Shown: positions 14,290-29,390, numbered from the stretch's first letter. The stretch: 64,000 nt of DNA from Octopus vulgaris (GCA_951406725.2 OX597825.1:12400001-12464000); one strand, 5' to 3'. The notes: generated from the letters alone by a model not told the origin. Made by a program: numbers and translations.

Positions 14290-14695
14290 CAGGTGCGTGG
14301 GAGGAAGTCGACGGTTGCTCTGAACAAGGGTGGTCTTCAAGCGACAAGGAGAGATTTCTAAAGCGCTAAAACAACTTGTATGCTTGCGTTATGCTTAAGG
14401 CAGCGTCATTGTAATCTGTTCGAAGCATGACAGCTGTTTCGGGCGCTGTTTTTCAGCATCAGAAAACGGAATGTCACGGAAGCACTCTGTTACTTCGTTT
14501 CAGTTATTACAAAATTCGACGAACAGATGAGAAGCACTTCAAAACAAAGATGCACCACGTAGAAGCACGATGCCAGCGAAAGACACCGGTCGGTAGACTG
14601 ATGCTTGATGGTGGCATCAAAGAGTTTCTTGCGGCGGGATTCTGATCCGCAATGGACAGAAAAGGTTGCCTGTTACTTTTAGGTACCTCTTCGCT
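14290..14695 (+). mobile_element. Possible decayed mariner fragment
   Basis: GIKEFLAAGF*SAMDRKG weakly resembles the mariner C-terminal GI..L..RW..C...G motif; followed by TIR-like ACTTTTAGGTACCTCTTCG. Confidence 0.3.
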
Positions 14696-14771
14696 TATAC
14701 AAACACACACACCTCACACACGCACACACACACACGCACACACACACACACGCATACACACACACACATTT

Positions 14772-15178
14772 TTTCTTTTTAATTGTTTCAGTCGTTTGAC
14801 TGCGGGCATGCTGGAGCACCACCATTAGTCGAGCAAATCGACCACAGGACTTATTCTTTGTAAGCCTAGTACCTATTGTATCGGTTTCTTTTGCCGGACC
14901 GCTAGGTTACGGGGACGTAAACACACCCACCATCGGTTGTGAAGCGATGTTGGGGGGGATTGATAAACACATGCACACAAACATATACACACACACATAT
15001 ACATATACATATATATGACGGGCTTCTTTCAATTTCCGTCTACCAAATCCACTCACAAGACTTTGGTCGGCCCTAGGCTATAGTAGAAGACAGTTGCCCA
15101 AGGTGCCACGCAGTGGGATTGTACCCGGAACCATGTGGTTAGTAAGCAAGCTACTTACCACACAACCACTCCTGCGCC
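14772..15178 (-). mobile_element. Family-B SINE, full length
   Basis: Colinear with 13092-13507. Confidence 0.9.
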
Positions 15179-15187
15179 TATCTATAT

Positions 15188-15485
15188 AAGGTATAAATTA
15201 AAGGTATTGAAACTTCTAAGGGATAGATATATCCAGAGGGACGCCTGGTAATTACCTCAGTATGTATGGTACTTCTTATAAGGTATACGGCTGTAGGTAA
15301 TTTAATGGTAAATCGTACATTAATGAATATATAGACGATAAGAAAATGGAGAAAGAAATAACAATGTGAAGTGAATCTCAGGTAATATAAAGGCATTATT
15401 TAATTAGTTAAGATGAGAGTTGATAGCTTTATAGCACCAAAGATCCATTTCTCATTGTTATTTATTTCTCCATTTTCTTATCGTC
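15188..15485 (-). mobile_element. Foldback insertion (arms 15334-15370 and 15449-15485; tail on the left)
   Basis: GACGATAAGAAAATGGAGAAA...AATAACAATG pairs with CATTGTTATT...TTTCTCCATTTTCTTATCGTC. Confidence 0.7.
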
Positions 15486-15505
15486 AATATATATATATAT
15501 ATATA

Positions 15506-15919
<414 letters not shown>

Positions 15920-15927
15920 TGTGGCTA

Positions 15928-16090
15928 GGCGCAGGAATGGTACTGTGGTATGAAGCTTGCTTCCCAGCCACATGGGCCCGGGTTCAATCCCACTGCGTTG
16001 CCCGTTGGCCGAGTGACTTCTACTATAGCCTAGAGCCGACCAAAGCCTTGTGAGTGGATTTGGTACACGGAAGCTGAAAGAAGCCCGTCA
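15928..16090 (+). mobile_element. Family-B SINE 5' half
   Basis: GGCGCAGGAATGG..GTGTGG..GGTTCAATCCC..GTGAGTGGATTTGGTA. Confidence 0.8.
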
Positions 16091-16287
16091 TATATATGTG
16101 TATATTTATACGTGTGTGTGTGTATGTGTATATGTTTACATTATACATATATATATATATATAAGTATATATATGTTTATAAGTATATATTTGTGTGTGT
16201 GCATGTGTATGTGCCTCTATGTATATATGTATATATAAATATATATATATACATGTATATATATATATATTTATATATATATATATT

Positions 16288-16323
<36 letters not shown>

Positions 16324-16904
16324 TATACAAGGATGGATTGATGTATTCGTGTTGAATGATAGATATGGCGTTGGTGCAGATGCTTATTGTTACATGCTAT
16401 CGATCTTTGCTCCGGCATCCTTTACGTGATTTCCAATGCCTTTGGAAAATCGACCAACACCACTAATGATATTTGAGATTTTCATCAGCCATTTGTCGGC
16501 CAAAACAAGATAACTTTTATGGAAAATATTTTGAAGTCAAATGGCTTAAGTTTCGACAGTTTTGTTTCCAGTTATTCCGCCTCATAGATTTTTTTCACGG
16601 ATTTTCAATAAATATGGATCTAAATGTTAAGAGTGAGTCTATCCCCACCCACAATACATGTGCTGTCTTCGTTCTCAGATTTCTTGGAGGGATTTGTTTG
16701 CTGTTATTGTTATTGTTGTTATATTCTCAGCCATAAGAGTAAAATGTGATTGTTAAGTAAAGCCAAGTTTCACTTAAGTAGGTATGCGTGAATATATGCG
16801 TGTGTATGTGTCAGTGCGTGCGCCTGTAAGTGTATCTATATGTATATGTATATATATGTATATATATGCATATGAACGTATCTATATTCATATATTATTA
16901 TTAC

Positions 16905-16949
<45 letters not shown>

Positions 16950-16966
16950 GGAGAAGGAGAGGTTGA

Positions 16967-17014
<48 letters not shown>

Positions 17015-17033
17015 TATATAGACATAGACATAC

Positions 17034-17124
<91 letters not shown>

Positions 17125-17443
17125 TTTATAAGTAATTTCGTAGCCACTTCAACATGCGTATCCGTTCTAACAGACTGTACTGAGATTCTTTTAACTCAGA
17201 GAAGACATCTCACCAAGCTGGTCAACATTGCACAGCTGTATCCGACGTATTGTGAGCAAGGGAGCGAACTCCTACCACATTCTAGCGATGGGACCACTCG
17301 CTAGAACCTGGTAGGTTTTACGAATATTACTTGTCACTACAACTAGTGCGCTGGACTCTAAAGGACATATTAGAACGAGGTCTTTTGTTTCCTACATTTA
17401 TATATGTATATATAAAGAGAGAGATATACACTTGAATACATAC

Positions 17444-17519
<76 letters not shown>

Positions 17520-17552
17520 ATATATATATATATGCATACATACATATATAGA

Positions 17553-17636
<84 letters not shown>

Positions 17637-19711
17637 GTATGTATATAGATATATATATATAGGGGAGAATTCGCTCTTCCACAGAAAGAAACACGGAGAG
17701 GAAATAAAGATAGAAAATAAAGAGAATATATATAAATATATATATATAGACGGAGAGGTAGATAGATATTCATACGGTGAGAAATTGGCTAGGAGAGAGA
17801 GAGAGACAAAGAAAGAATGGGAATGTGTAAGCGAGAGCGAATGGGTGAGAGAGTTAGAGAGAGAAGTCGATGTACTTATAAATAGTATACAAGATCTGAA
17901 TTGTACGTCGTATGAATAAAACTGAAGTTTGTGTATATATTCCCGTTAGCTCGCCATAACTGCTATCTTATTGCTAAGCAGGCACGGTGTTTTAAATTGA
18001 AAATAGCTTATTTAATCTCGTTTAATTGCAAAATAAATTGGATTCGAATTATTTTCTGGATTGAAATATTAATTTTCTAAGAATAAACATTGTTTTTCTA
18101 AATTAATTTTCACAGTCTCTCTTTTTCTACACCTTTTAATGATCGACCGTCTCGCAATGGGAGTTGGTAAGTGAAATGAGGTGCTTCCACTCTCGTGTAT
18201 CCATTTAGCCACGGTTATTTTATCGAATGTTATCGATTCCGTGTCCCTACTAGACACATATTTTATATAAATTTATGAATGCACATACATGCGAATTCAC
18301 CAAAAGCATTTAAGACACATTTTCCTTTATCTTCCTTTTAACACTATAATGTTATCGAAAACTGCAATTTTGAAATTCATTATGAATTTCATTATTTTAC
18401 GTTAACAAAAAACGTGAGAAAATTACAAATGAGAATAGTTTTATCTGTGCTTGATAGCATGAGAATATGTAGATTTTTCTACCAAAATAGAATACATTAG
18501 TTGTTAATATAACCGATACACCTAAGTTAATGTTGAAAGAAAACGCTGCATATTTACCATCAAATTTTATTCATCTGCATATATCAATATCGAACATCAA
18601 TCCAGTAAATATAGTATAGATGACTACTTTAAAATATTTTGCTCTGTCTATTTCTGTAAGTATTTTATATATGATGTGATGCAGGGTATTTATGGCGACG
18701 TGCGTATTTATAAAATGTGAATGCGCGCAATAACTTTGAGATTGTCAAATATTATATCACTCACTGTATATGTGTGAAATTCTCTCTCCGTTTTAATATT
18801 GAAGAACGATGTTCTTATAACTGGAAGACCAGGTGTCTATTGAGACCTTATATTTGGTAAAATATTATGAAAGCATTCTTATCAGAAAGCTTTATGGCGT
18901 TATATATATATATATAATTTGTACTAGTATTCGTAAATTTTTTGCTCTGTTTTTATTGAACAAATAAATCGTATCAGTAAAACCTGAAACGAAATTCTTG
19001 GCAATGAATTTGCATTAATATTGATGTATTGGGCAGCTTTCGATTTCAGAGATACATAAATCTGCACTGACATAGATAACCAAATCGAGCCCCGTGGTAA
19101 TGTACAGGGGAAAACAATTACAGAACCATCAAATATCATAAACTCACTGAACACAGAAGGCTCTTTTCAATGATATCTCTATGAAGCTACTTACTGTTTG
19201 TTACACATACATATCACATCGTAGTGTTATACATACATGCACCAAATATGATATGGAATTGTGCTTACAGTAATTTCAAGCATTGTTTTCATGAGACGAT
19301 TTCCCTGGTGAATACCATGCTGGCACCCTCTCTCTCTGGCATTATGAATTATACATTACTCGTGCATGTATTCATAAATTGTTGACCTTATTCACTAAAG
19401 TTCTTTATCCAAGTGAGAAAACGGCATTAAACCTAATAATCTTTTAGCTCTTGGTGAAGAAACTATCTTCTAACTTAAGTTCAAACTTGAAAAATGAGAA
19501 AACTTTCTGTTGTTTTCATAAAGTTCATAAAGAAGTGCATTTCAGTACATTTCAGTGTTAGAAAGTATTCTGGAGTAGAAATTTACGATTGGATAACTCG
19601 TAGAGATTTTTGAAATAGGTATCGCTACTGTTCGATATTTTAGAAATGAGGAATCCTGTGCATTATTTACATTGGACGGATATGTGTCCTCATCTTGTTT
19701 GTTGTTACTGC

Positions 19712-19747
19712 AATGTTTCGGCTGACTTGCTCTCCAGCCTTCATCAG
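19712..19747 (-). ncRNA. Hammerhead-ribozyme-like core
   Basis: Minus strand reads CTGATGA-AGGCTG-gagagcaagt-CAGCC-GAAA-CATT; stem II pairs, stem III is imperfect. Confidence 0.55.
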
Positions 19748-19808
19748 GTGTCCTTATAGAATTCTGAACCTAACCCTGGATTCTCATTCCTGGGGTATTT
19801 TTTGCTGG

Positions 19809-20482
<674 letters not shown>

Positions 20483-21439
20483 GCCTTTGCACAGTTTCTA
20501 ATTCTGGAGATGTACTTCGGTGTCAGCTCAGCTCGTCATCATGCACAAGTATCTTCTGTTATAGTCCTGTGATACTGAGTGGTTTATTTAATAACTAGCA
20601 CTGTATGGAAGCCCGTTGTTTATATATACATCCATGTGTGTGTGTCTGCCTGTGAGAGAGAGATTTCTATTTCTAGAAGATCGAGTAAGAAAGAGGTCGC
20701 CACAATGGCCAGAAAATAATTAAGATTTTGAGAGTAATTATTTTGCTGTTTTTCACTTTCAGACTCATGATCAATTAAATTCCAATTGTGACCATCTCGC
20801 ATTTGTCATTGTGTAGGTTACCCATGGCCATATTCTCTAATGTTTTTTCGAAAAACACTGGCATGAAAATTGAGGGTGATTTGATTGCCGTTTCATGTAG
20901 ACCGTATGTCCACGTAGAGGCTGACTATTTAGCAATGTGTAACAAGGCAATGTTTTAATGGGTGCTCGGAAAACGAAAATGGAATAATGAAATAGAAATA
21001 ACGAAACTAATTAATTAATATATGCAGGTGTTTTTCCTTGTCACCTGAATATTTTACATTTTTATTGTTTGTTACTTGGTGAAGCATGTTAACACTTAAT
21101 GGATTGAGAGGAGAAATATAAATCAGAGTTTTGTCTTTTACATAGGGAGTTCAATCGAGGTGGATGCCAGATGCTGTGTAAGTGCTGGGTGGGGCGAGGC
21201 GGCAAGGATGTAGAGGTGAGTCAGAAGGTAGTGACATCATGCGCATTATCGCATTTCCCTTGTTTGATGATGACAGTAAAAGAATAGGTGTTCCCGTTTA
21301 GCCTCTTATCAGACGAGACATAGCTGGCATAAAAATGAGAGGCTCTCCATTTGTGACCATCTCGTCAATTGTTTCCAAACAGAAAGAACTCAACACTATA
21401 TTATGTCGTATGAGGTGCTGCGGCTCATGTCACATACTT

Positions 21440-21676
21440 AATATTGATTTCAAAATTTGGCACAAGGCCAGCAATTTTGGAGTTGGGACGAAGGTTAATT
21501 GCATCAACCTAAGTACACAACTGGTATTTATTTTATCGACTTTGAAAGGCCGAAAAGCAAAAATCGACCTCCGTAGAATTTGAACCCAGAATATAAAGAC
21601 GGACGAAATACCTATTTCTTTACTACCCACAAGGGGCTAAACATAGAGGGAACAAACAAGGACAGACAAACGGATT
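21440..21676 (-). mobile_element. Family-A SINE composite fragment
   Basis: GGCACAAGGCC..CTGGTATTTATTTTATCGAC..GAATTTGAACCCAGAA then TTTCTTTACTACCCACAAGGGGCTAAAC. Confidence 0.75.
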
Positions 21677-21684
21677 TTGAAAAC

Positions 21685-21862
21685 AAATAGTAACAGTAGT
21701 AACAGTAGTAGAAATAGTAGTAGCAGTGGTAGTAATAGTAGCAGCAGTTGTTTAATAGTAGTAGCAGTAGCATTAATAGTAATAGTAGTAGTAGTAGTAA
21801 TAGAAGTAGCAGTGGTAGTAATAGTAGTAGCGGTAGGAGTAATAATAGTAGTAGTGGTCATC

Positions 21863-21911
<49 letters not shown>

Positions 21912-21936
21912 AGAACATATTAGTAGTGGTCATCGA

Positions 21937-21968
<32 letters not shown>

Positions 21969-22980
21969 ACATAGTAGTAGTAGTAGTGGTGGTGGTGGTA
22001 GTAGTAGTGGTTGCTGTGTTAATTGTAATGCTGATTGTTGTGATGGTGATGTCTGATCGTAGTAGTGATTATAGTTGTTTGCGGTGGTTGCAGAAGCGAA
22101 GTTGTCGGTAAGAATGGTTCGGTGGCCGCCATGATGGGCGTGGTTTTCCCTGGTAGATTCTGATGACGTTTGATGCAGAAGTGGTTGTACGGCCATGGTT
22201 GTGGTGGCGCGTGGGGGTTTTAGTGACCCCAACGAACAATAAACTAAGTGGCTGCAAGCTGTTTCAGTTCAGAGAGAACATCATTAATTCGTAGGCTGGT
22301 CGTGTGGTGGTTGTAGTATGGGTAGTAGTGGTGGTGCTGCAGGTGCCGGTGCAGGTGCTAGTGGGGCTGGTGCGGGTGCTGATGGCGCATATGGGGGTGC
22401 TTGTTGCACTTGTTGTGGTGCAGGTGGCACTCGTAGTGGTGGTGGTGAAATTGCTGGTGGCGCTGGTGGTGACAGTGGTGAAGCTGGTGGCGTCAGTGGT
22501 GGGGCTGGTGGCGTCAGTGGAGGGGCTGATGGCGTCAATGATGGGGATTGTGGCGTCAGTGGTGGTGCTGGTGGCGTCAGTGGAGGGGCTGGTGGCGTCA
22601 GTGGTGGGGCTGGTGACAGTGAAGCTGGTGTTCGTGGCCCAAGTGGCGGTTCCGAAGGCGTTGGTAGAGTTACTGGTGACGCTGGTGGTGGTGGTGCTGC
22701 TGGTCGGACAATTGGTGGACCCAGGTGGTGTTGGTGGTGGTGGTGATGGATGCCGTAAGGGCTAAATGCAGTAGTTGCAGTTGCAGTGGTGGTGGTGGTG
22801 GTGGTGGCAGTTATGGGACTGGTGTTGACGCTGCTGGCATCAGTGGTAGTAATGGTGGAGTTATTAACAATGGGAGTGAGTTTGATTGAAGAGAGTGATT
22901 GAGTGTGATTGTAGGAGGTAGACAACGAACAATTTAGGGGCCACAACCGCCTTATGAATAATAATGGCGGTAGTGGAGAT
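21685..22980. repeat. (AGT)n/(GGT)n low-complexity block with a 21-bp repeat (GGTGGCGTCAGTGGWGGGGCT, about 6 units, 22486-22612)
   Basis: Direct reading; yields Gly-rich (+) and Pro-rich (-) ORFs. Confidence 0.85.
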
Positions 22981-23257
22981 GGGGTGAAACATTATAACAT
23001 GGCGTCCACCGAAAAGAAAACAAAAAACTAATTTTTGTGTTTTTTTCTTTTTATTTCCTTTCATATTTTTTATATCAATTTACTAGTTCCTGCCATGGAA
23101 TTAATGCCACGCTGAGGCAATGCATTCAGATGCTTGGCCAACCGTATCGGCTGCACCATATAATTAAGTTACTAACTTATGTCTACTCGGTTATATTGAA
23201 ACCCTAACTTATAGGATATGGAACAATGGAGAAAATAATAAAACGTAATAATTATAC

Positions 23258-24337
23258 TTTTCCACTTTAGGCACAAGGCCCGAAATTTTGTGGGAGGGCG
23301 CCAGTCGATTAGATCAATCCCAGTATTCAAATGATACTTGATTTATCGACTCCGAAAGGATGAAAGTCAAAATCGACCTCGGCGGAATTTGAACCCAGAT
23401 CGTAAAGACAGACGAAATACGGTTAAGCATTTCGCCCGGTGTGCTAACGTTTCTGCCACCTCACCGCCTTTGATAACAATAATAACCTATTCTTCTCTAG
23501 GCACAAGGCTCGAAATTTTGTGGGAGGGGGCCAGTCGATTAGATCAATCCCAGTATTCAAATGATACTTAATATATCGACCCCGAAAGGATGAAAGGCAA
23601 AGTCGAACTCGGTAGAATTTGAACCCAGGACGTAAAGACAGATGAAATACGGTTAAGCATATCGCCCGGCATGCTAACATATCATATTTCTTTATTGCCC
23701 ACAAGGGGTTAAACATATAGGAGACAAACAAGGATAGACAAAGGGATTAAGTCGATTACATCAACCCCAGTGCGTAATTGGTATTCAACTTATCGACCCC
23801 GAAAGGATAAAAGGCAATGTCGACCTCGGCGGAATTTGAACTCAGAACGTAAAGACAGACGAAATGCGGTTAAGCATTTCGCTCGGCGTGCTAACGTTTC
23901 TGCCAGCTCACCACCTAAAAAGTAATAATTATCATTATTCTTTTCTACTCTAAACACAAGGCCCGAAATTTTTGGGGAGAGGGCCAGTCGATTAGTTCGA
24001 CCTCTGTAGGGAACTGGTACTTAATTTAATCGACCCCGAAATGATGAAAGGCAAAGTCGACCTCGGCGGAAATTTGAACAGAACGTAGTGATTGACGAAA
24101 TACCTATTACTTTACTACCCACAAGGGGCTAAATACAGAGGGGACAAACAAGGACAGACAAACGGATTAAATCGATTATATCGACCCCAGTGTGTAACTG
24201 GTACTTATTTAATCGACCCCAAAAGAATGAAAGGCAAACTCGAGCTCAGTGGAATTTGAACACAGAACGTAACGGCAGACGGAATATTGCTAAGTATTTC
24301 GTCCCGTGTGCTAATGATTCTTCAAGCTCACTGCCTT
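23258..24337 (-). mobile_element. Head-to-tail cluster of five family-A SINE copies
   Basis: CGACCCCGAAAGGATGAAAGGCAAAGTCGACCTCGGCGGAATTTGAAC-like block recurs at ~23347, 23577, 23794, 24031, 24214. Confidence 0.88.
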
Positions 24338-25524
24338 TGGAATTTCACAATTCAACTGATTTTTTTTATTACTAACATCATCACATCTATCTAGGTATCC
24401 TCTTATTCACCAATCGGTGGCATTAATGGAGATTCTAGTCTTTATTTAGTAGTGCTAAAGCCTTTCTGTATGTGACCATTTCGTGTGTTGTCATTATGAG
24501 AAATAAAACGAGGCCTATATTATCTAAAGCGCACTCCTCTAACACAGAGCTTGAGTTTTGAGGTTCAATTGGCTGCTATTTCTAATAGGTCGACGGCCCC
24601 TCCAAAGACACCATCGTCGGCTTACTATTCTTGCAATGATGACGAGGCAATTCAATTATGTATATAAGTGGGCGGGTCCGGAGATGAGGAAGGCCGGGAT
24701 GATAGCAATATGAATATGGAGTCCAATAATTGCGATGCTGTAGAGGCACACGCGTGTTTGTGACACCTAGCGTCACATTAATGTATTGATAGATGGTTGA
24801 AGAAGTATTAGTCATAATGACAGGGTGGGGGATATTGTGATTGCCGGTGGCCGTGGTAGCCGTGGTGATAGTCGTAAATATTGGTTGTAACGGCTGTTGG
24901 AACGATGATAGTGGTGGTGATGGCGTTGGTGTTGGTGGTGGTAGTGGTGGTCGTATTAGTTTTCTTCTGGTGATGGTTGTTGATGGTTTGGGATGATGGC
25001 AGTAATGTCGAGATGCAATTGTTGACAGTGACAATCATAAACGGAAAAAAACTTGCGACGAATGAGAAATCAAAAAAAAAAAAAAAACAAGAAAAAACCA
25101 ACCCTGACGTCACTTCTGGCTGTCAGCTTATTAATATTAATGTCTCAGACCTTTGTTCTCCATATTGCCTGATGGCTGCTGCCTCAATTCTTGTATTTAT
25201 TGTAATTGTTTTCTCTAGTGGTGAAGGTGAGGACAGTGGTACGTTTTGCAGTTGCTATTCTTGTTGTTGTTATTATTGTCGTTGTTGTTGTTGTCGTAGT
25301 TGTTGTTGTTGTCACTCTTTGTTTCCACGGTTTTTCCCATCATCTTGTATTCCTAATTGTCGTCGAAAATAAATTGTTGTTGACGTCATGTTTTCCTCTT
25401 GTTTATTAGCATTGTTGCTTATGTTAATTAAAATTGTTATTTTGTTTGTTGTTGTTTAATTCGACTCTGGACGGGTGGGATTACGATCAAAAGCATTCCT
25501 GGCGCCATAATCTTTAATATTGCT

Positions 25525-25890
25525 TTTAAATTTTAGCACAAGGCCAGCAATTTCGAAGAAGCGGTAAATGTCGACCCAAGTGCTCACCTCCAGCGTATTT
25601 CATCGGACCCAGTGTTTAACTAGTACTTATTTTATCGTCCCCGAAAGGGTGAAAAGCAAAGTCGGCCTCGATTCAGAACATAAAGATGGACGAAATACCG
25701 CTAAGCATTTGGTCCGCCGTGGCAACGATTCTGCCTGCTCGCTGCCTCTGGCTAATCAATATTTGAAACCATTATTGGTACATGAGTCGCAATTTTGGTA
25801 GAACGGACTTGGCGATTCCGTCTACTTCAGAGCTCAGATCTGACTGATGAAAGGCAAAGTCGACCTCGACGGAATACGAACTCAGAACGT

Positions 25891-25892
<2 letters not shown>
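25525..25892 (-). mobile_element. Family-A SINE copy plus fragment
   Basis: CCCCGAAAGGGTGAAAAGCAAAGTCGGCCTCG; GATGAAAGGCAAAGTCGACCTCG..GAACTCAGAACGT. Confidence 0.75.
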
Positions 25893-25929
<37 letters not shown>

Positions 25930-26192
25930 CTCTCTCTCTCTCTCACACATACACAGACAGATACACATATAAATGATACCGAAGACAAATTAATAAAATG
26001 CAGGTGTTTGTCCCAGACTGCACTCGCACAAAGAGAACTCCCCACTTGGAACCACAAGTTTCAAAGACAAATTCTGTAAGGCTTACTTCCATCGCAGGGT
26101 ATAAACGAAGAACAGAGCTATAAAAATAATGGCATGAAATATACACACTCATTATTTATTTATGTATGTATGTTTGTATGCATCCATGTATG

Positions 26193-26225
<33 letters not shown>

Positions 26226-26312
26226 TTGTGTATATATATATATATATGTGTATGTGTATATATATATATATGTATGTATGTATGTATATATATATATTTA
26301 TATATTTATATA

Positions 26313-26475
26313 TCTTATATAAAATCCGTTCTGTCTGTCTGAGTGTCTTCTCAGGTCTCGGGCATCCTCCACCCCATTGCGCTCAATTTTGATATGTAGA
26401 TACCGACGGTATCAGGGAGTCTTCGAAAAATTACAAAACTCGATTCCAGGTGAGAACGCGATCGATAAAGCCGTA
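26313..26475 (+). mobile_element. Probable Helitron 5' end fragment
   Basis: Starts TCTTATATAAAA..CTGTCTGTCTG after an AT tract, like the 5' end of the Helitron at 42821; no 3' CTAG found. Confidence 0.45.
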
Positions 26476-26921
26476 TTTGTCCTGCTTTTCTTCCATCAAC
26501 CCGTACATAACTGCACCTTCCACTTTTGCTGTTTTTGTACTGCTTAAAGGCATGTTTCCTTTCTGCCAAGCTTACTGTTTAAACCATGTTTGTATTCTCC
26601 CAGTCAACAGCCTTATCATTACTGGTACTTTAAACTCTTCGGTTGCATATTTGTGTGAATAACATCGTTTTTCTTTGGAATAGAAAAAAAAGTTTATCAG
26701 TTGTGGTGCCCCAGCATGGCCGCGGCCTTTGGGCTAAAACACTTTTAAGGGTTTTAAGGATTTTTATTTCTTCTTTTGCTGGTGTCTCAAATTTAGGTTA
26801 AATCAGTGTTTCTCAAAGGAGAGGCCTATGGGACAGTTGGAAAATATGTTTTGAGAAAATTCGGTTTAAATGTTTGACAACTCATCACCGTTAATTGGAC
26901 GGGAGGGGAGCGTTTTGCTCG

Positions 26922-26954
<33 letters not shown>

Positions 26955-26958
26955 ATGT

Positions 26959-27009
<51 letters not shown>

Positions 27010-27073
27010 TGCATATATATATATATAGCGTATGTATGCATAAATAGAAATATATGTGTGCTGCATACGCACA

Positions 27074-27278
27074 CGAAAGGCTGTTGAAAAGTTCGTGGTT
27101 TTGGGTAAAAAAAAATACAGGAGAATCAGTTAATTGTTCTTTTATTCAACAGACTCACATTCTTATTGCAGCGGTCTTACAGCTTTTTCTAAGCCCTGTA
27201 AGAGAACACGGAAGATCGAACCTCCATTCAGGCTTTTCGCGACACCCTTAAAATCAGGTACTCTTCAGCGCCACCTCG
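27074..27278. mobile_element. Degenerate mariner-type MITE
   Basis: Imperfect TIRs: CGAAAGGCTGTTGAAAAGTTCGTGGTTTT vs reverse complement CGAGGTGGCGCTGAAGAGTACCTGATTTT. Confidence 0.55.
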
Positions 27279-27625
27279 AATATGTGTCTGTGTGTGTGTG
27301 TGTGTGTGTGATAGACGCCAGTGCATATTTATATAAATAGAAAAAGAAACGTTCGCAAGGTGCTATTTTACAGTCTTACAGAATTACACCGATTAGCATA
27401 TGCTGATAATCACTATGGAAAATCCTTAAACTTCTCAGTTCTTCGACTGCATATAATTATTTATACTTTATTTTGTCTCGTCTGTATCCAGCGAAAGGAT
27501 TTTGTCTTTAAGACAGACGACAGCTGAGTAAACGAAACGTGAAAAATAAATATAAAACGGTAGGGGTTTATCATAAAATTACACATACATATATACATTC
27601 ATATTATACATACATACATACATTC

Positions 27626-27666
<41 letters not shown>

Positions 27667-27714
27667 GATATATAGATCGCATACGTATGTATATATGTGT
27701 ATGTAGGTAATACC

Positions 27715-27749
<35 letters not shown>

Positions 27750-27993
27750 AGTATATAATATATACATATATATATGTATGTAGGTATCCCTCTACATACA
27801 TATATATATATATATATGTATATACATATATATATATAGAGAGAGGATACATACACACACACACAATATATATATGTATATATTTATATACATATATATA
27901 TATATATGTCAACAATATTATTATTGTACACATACATACATATGTGTGTGTATGCATGTATGTATTACCTACATACACATATATATACATATG

Positions 27994-28095
<102 letters not shown>

Positions 28096-28099
28096 CATC

Positions 28100-28150
<51 letters not shown>

Positions 28151-28175
28151 ATATGTATGTATATATGTATATATG

Positions 28176-28222
<47 letters not shown>

Positions 28223-28392
28223 GTGTGTATGTATTAATGTGTGTTTCTAGGTTTCTGTGTCTGCAAGTAAGTGGTCAAATATATGTGCGTATACGTGTAT
28301 TCACAGTTATATACACAAACATATGTACATGTTTATATCCCTCTTTTATTATTGTCTGTCTGAGTACGCCTCTGTGTGTGTGTGTGTGTGTT

Positions 28393-28443
<51 letters not shown>

Positions 28444-28713
28444 TTTGGTGGCTGCTATAAATCCTGGATTGCAACTCAAGGAGGAAAGTTTAACCATCAC
28501 CTACGTCAACACACTAATCAAGGATACTTTCTTTTCGCCATAAACAAACACGTACATGTGAATAGACAAACAGACCCATTAACTTTCAACATAGACATCA
28601 GAAATATCGCTTAGATGCGTCAGATCGGATTACTCTCAACTTCTTTCACTGTCTTCTAATCCTTGTACACATACACCGTCTCCCTCCTTCTCCGTGTCTC
28701 TTCCATTTCTTTC

Positions 28714-28814
<101 letters not shown>

Positions 28815-28884
28815 TCAAATTCATACATTCATACATATATACATACATGCATACACATATACACACACACATATATATATATGT

Positions 28885-29025
28885 AGTGGCTGTATGGTGA
28901 GTAGCTCGCTTACTAACCATATGGTTACGGGTTCAGTACCACTGTGTGGCACCTTGGGCAAGTGTCATCTACCGACCGGAGCATTGTGAATAGATTTGGT
29001 AGACGGAAACCGAAAGAAGCCCGTC

Positions 29026-29122
<97 letters not shown>

Positions 29123-29146
29123 TATATATATATGTGTGTATGTGTA

Positions 29147-29181
<35 letters not shown>

Positions 29182-29390
29182 ATATTTGTCTGTCTTTGTC
29201 CCTCCACCATCGCTTGACAACCGATTTTGGTGTGTTTACGTCCCCGTAACTTGGCGGTTCAGTAATAGAGACCGATAGAATAAGTACTAGGGTTACAAAA
29301 GAATAATTCCTGCGGTCGATTTGTTCAACTAAATGCGCTGTTCCAGCATGGCCGCAGTCAAATGACAAACAAATAAAAGAATAAAAGAAT
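28885..29390 (+). mobile_element. Family-B SINE with expanded internal (TA)n
   Basis: Head, middle and tail blocks colinear with other B copies. Confidence 0.85.
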
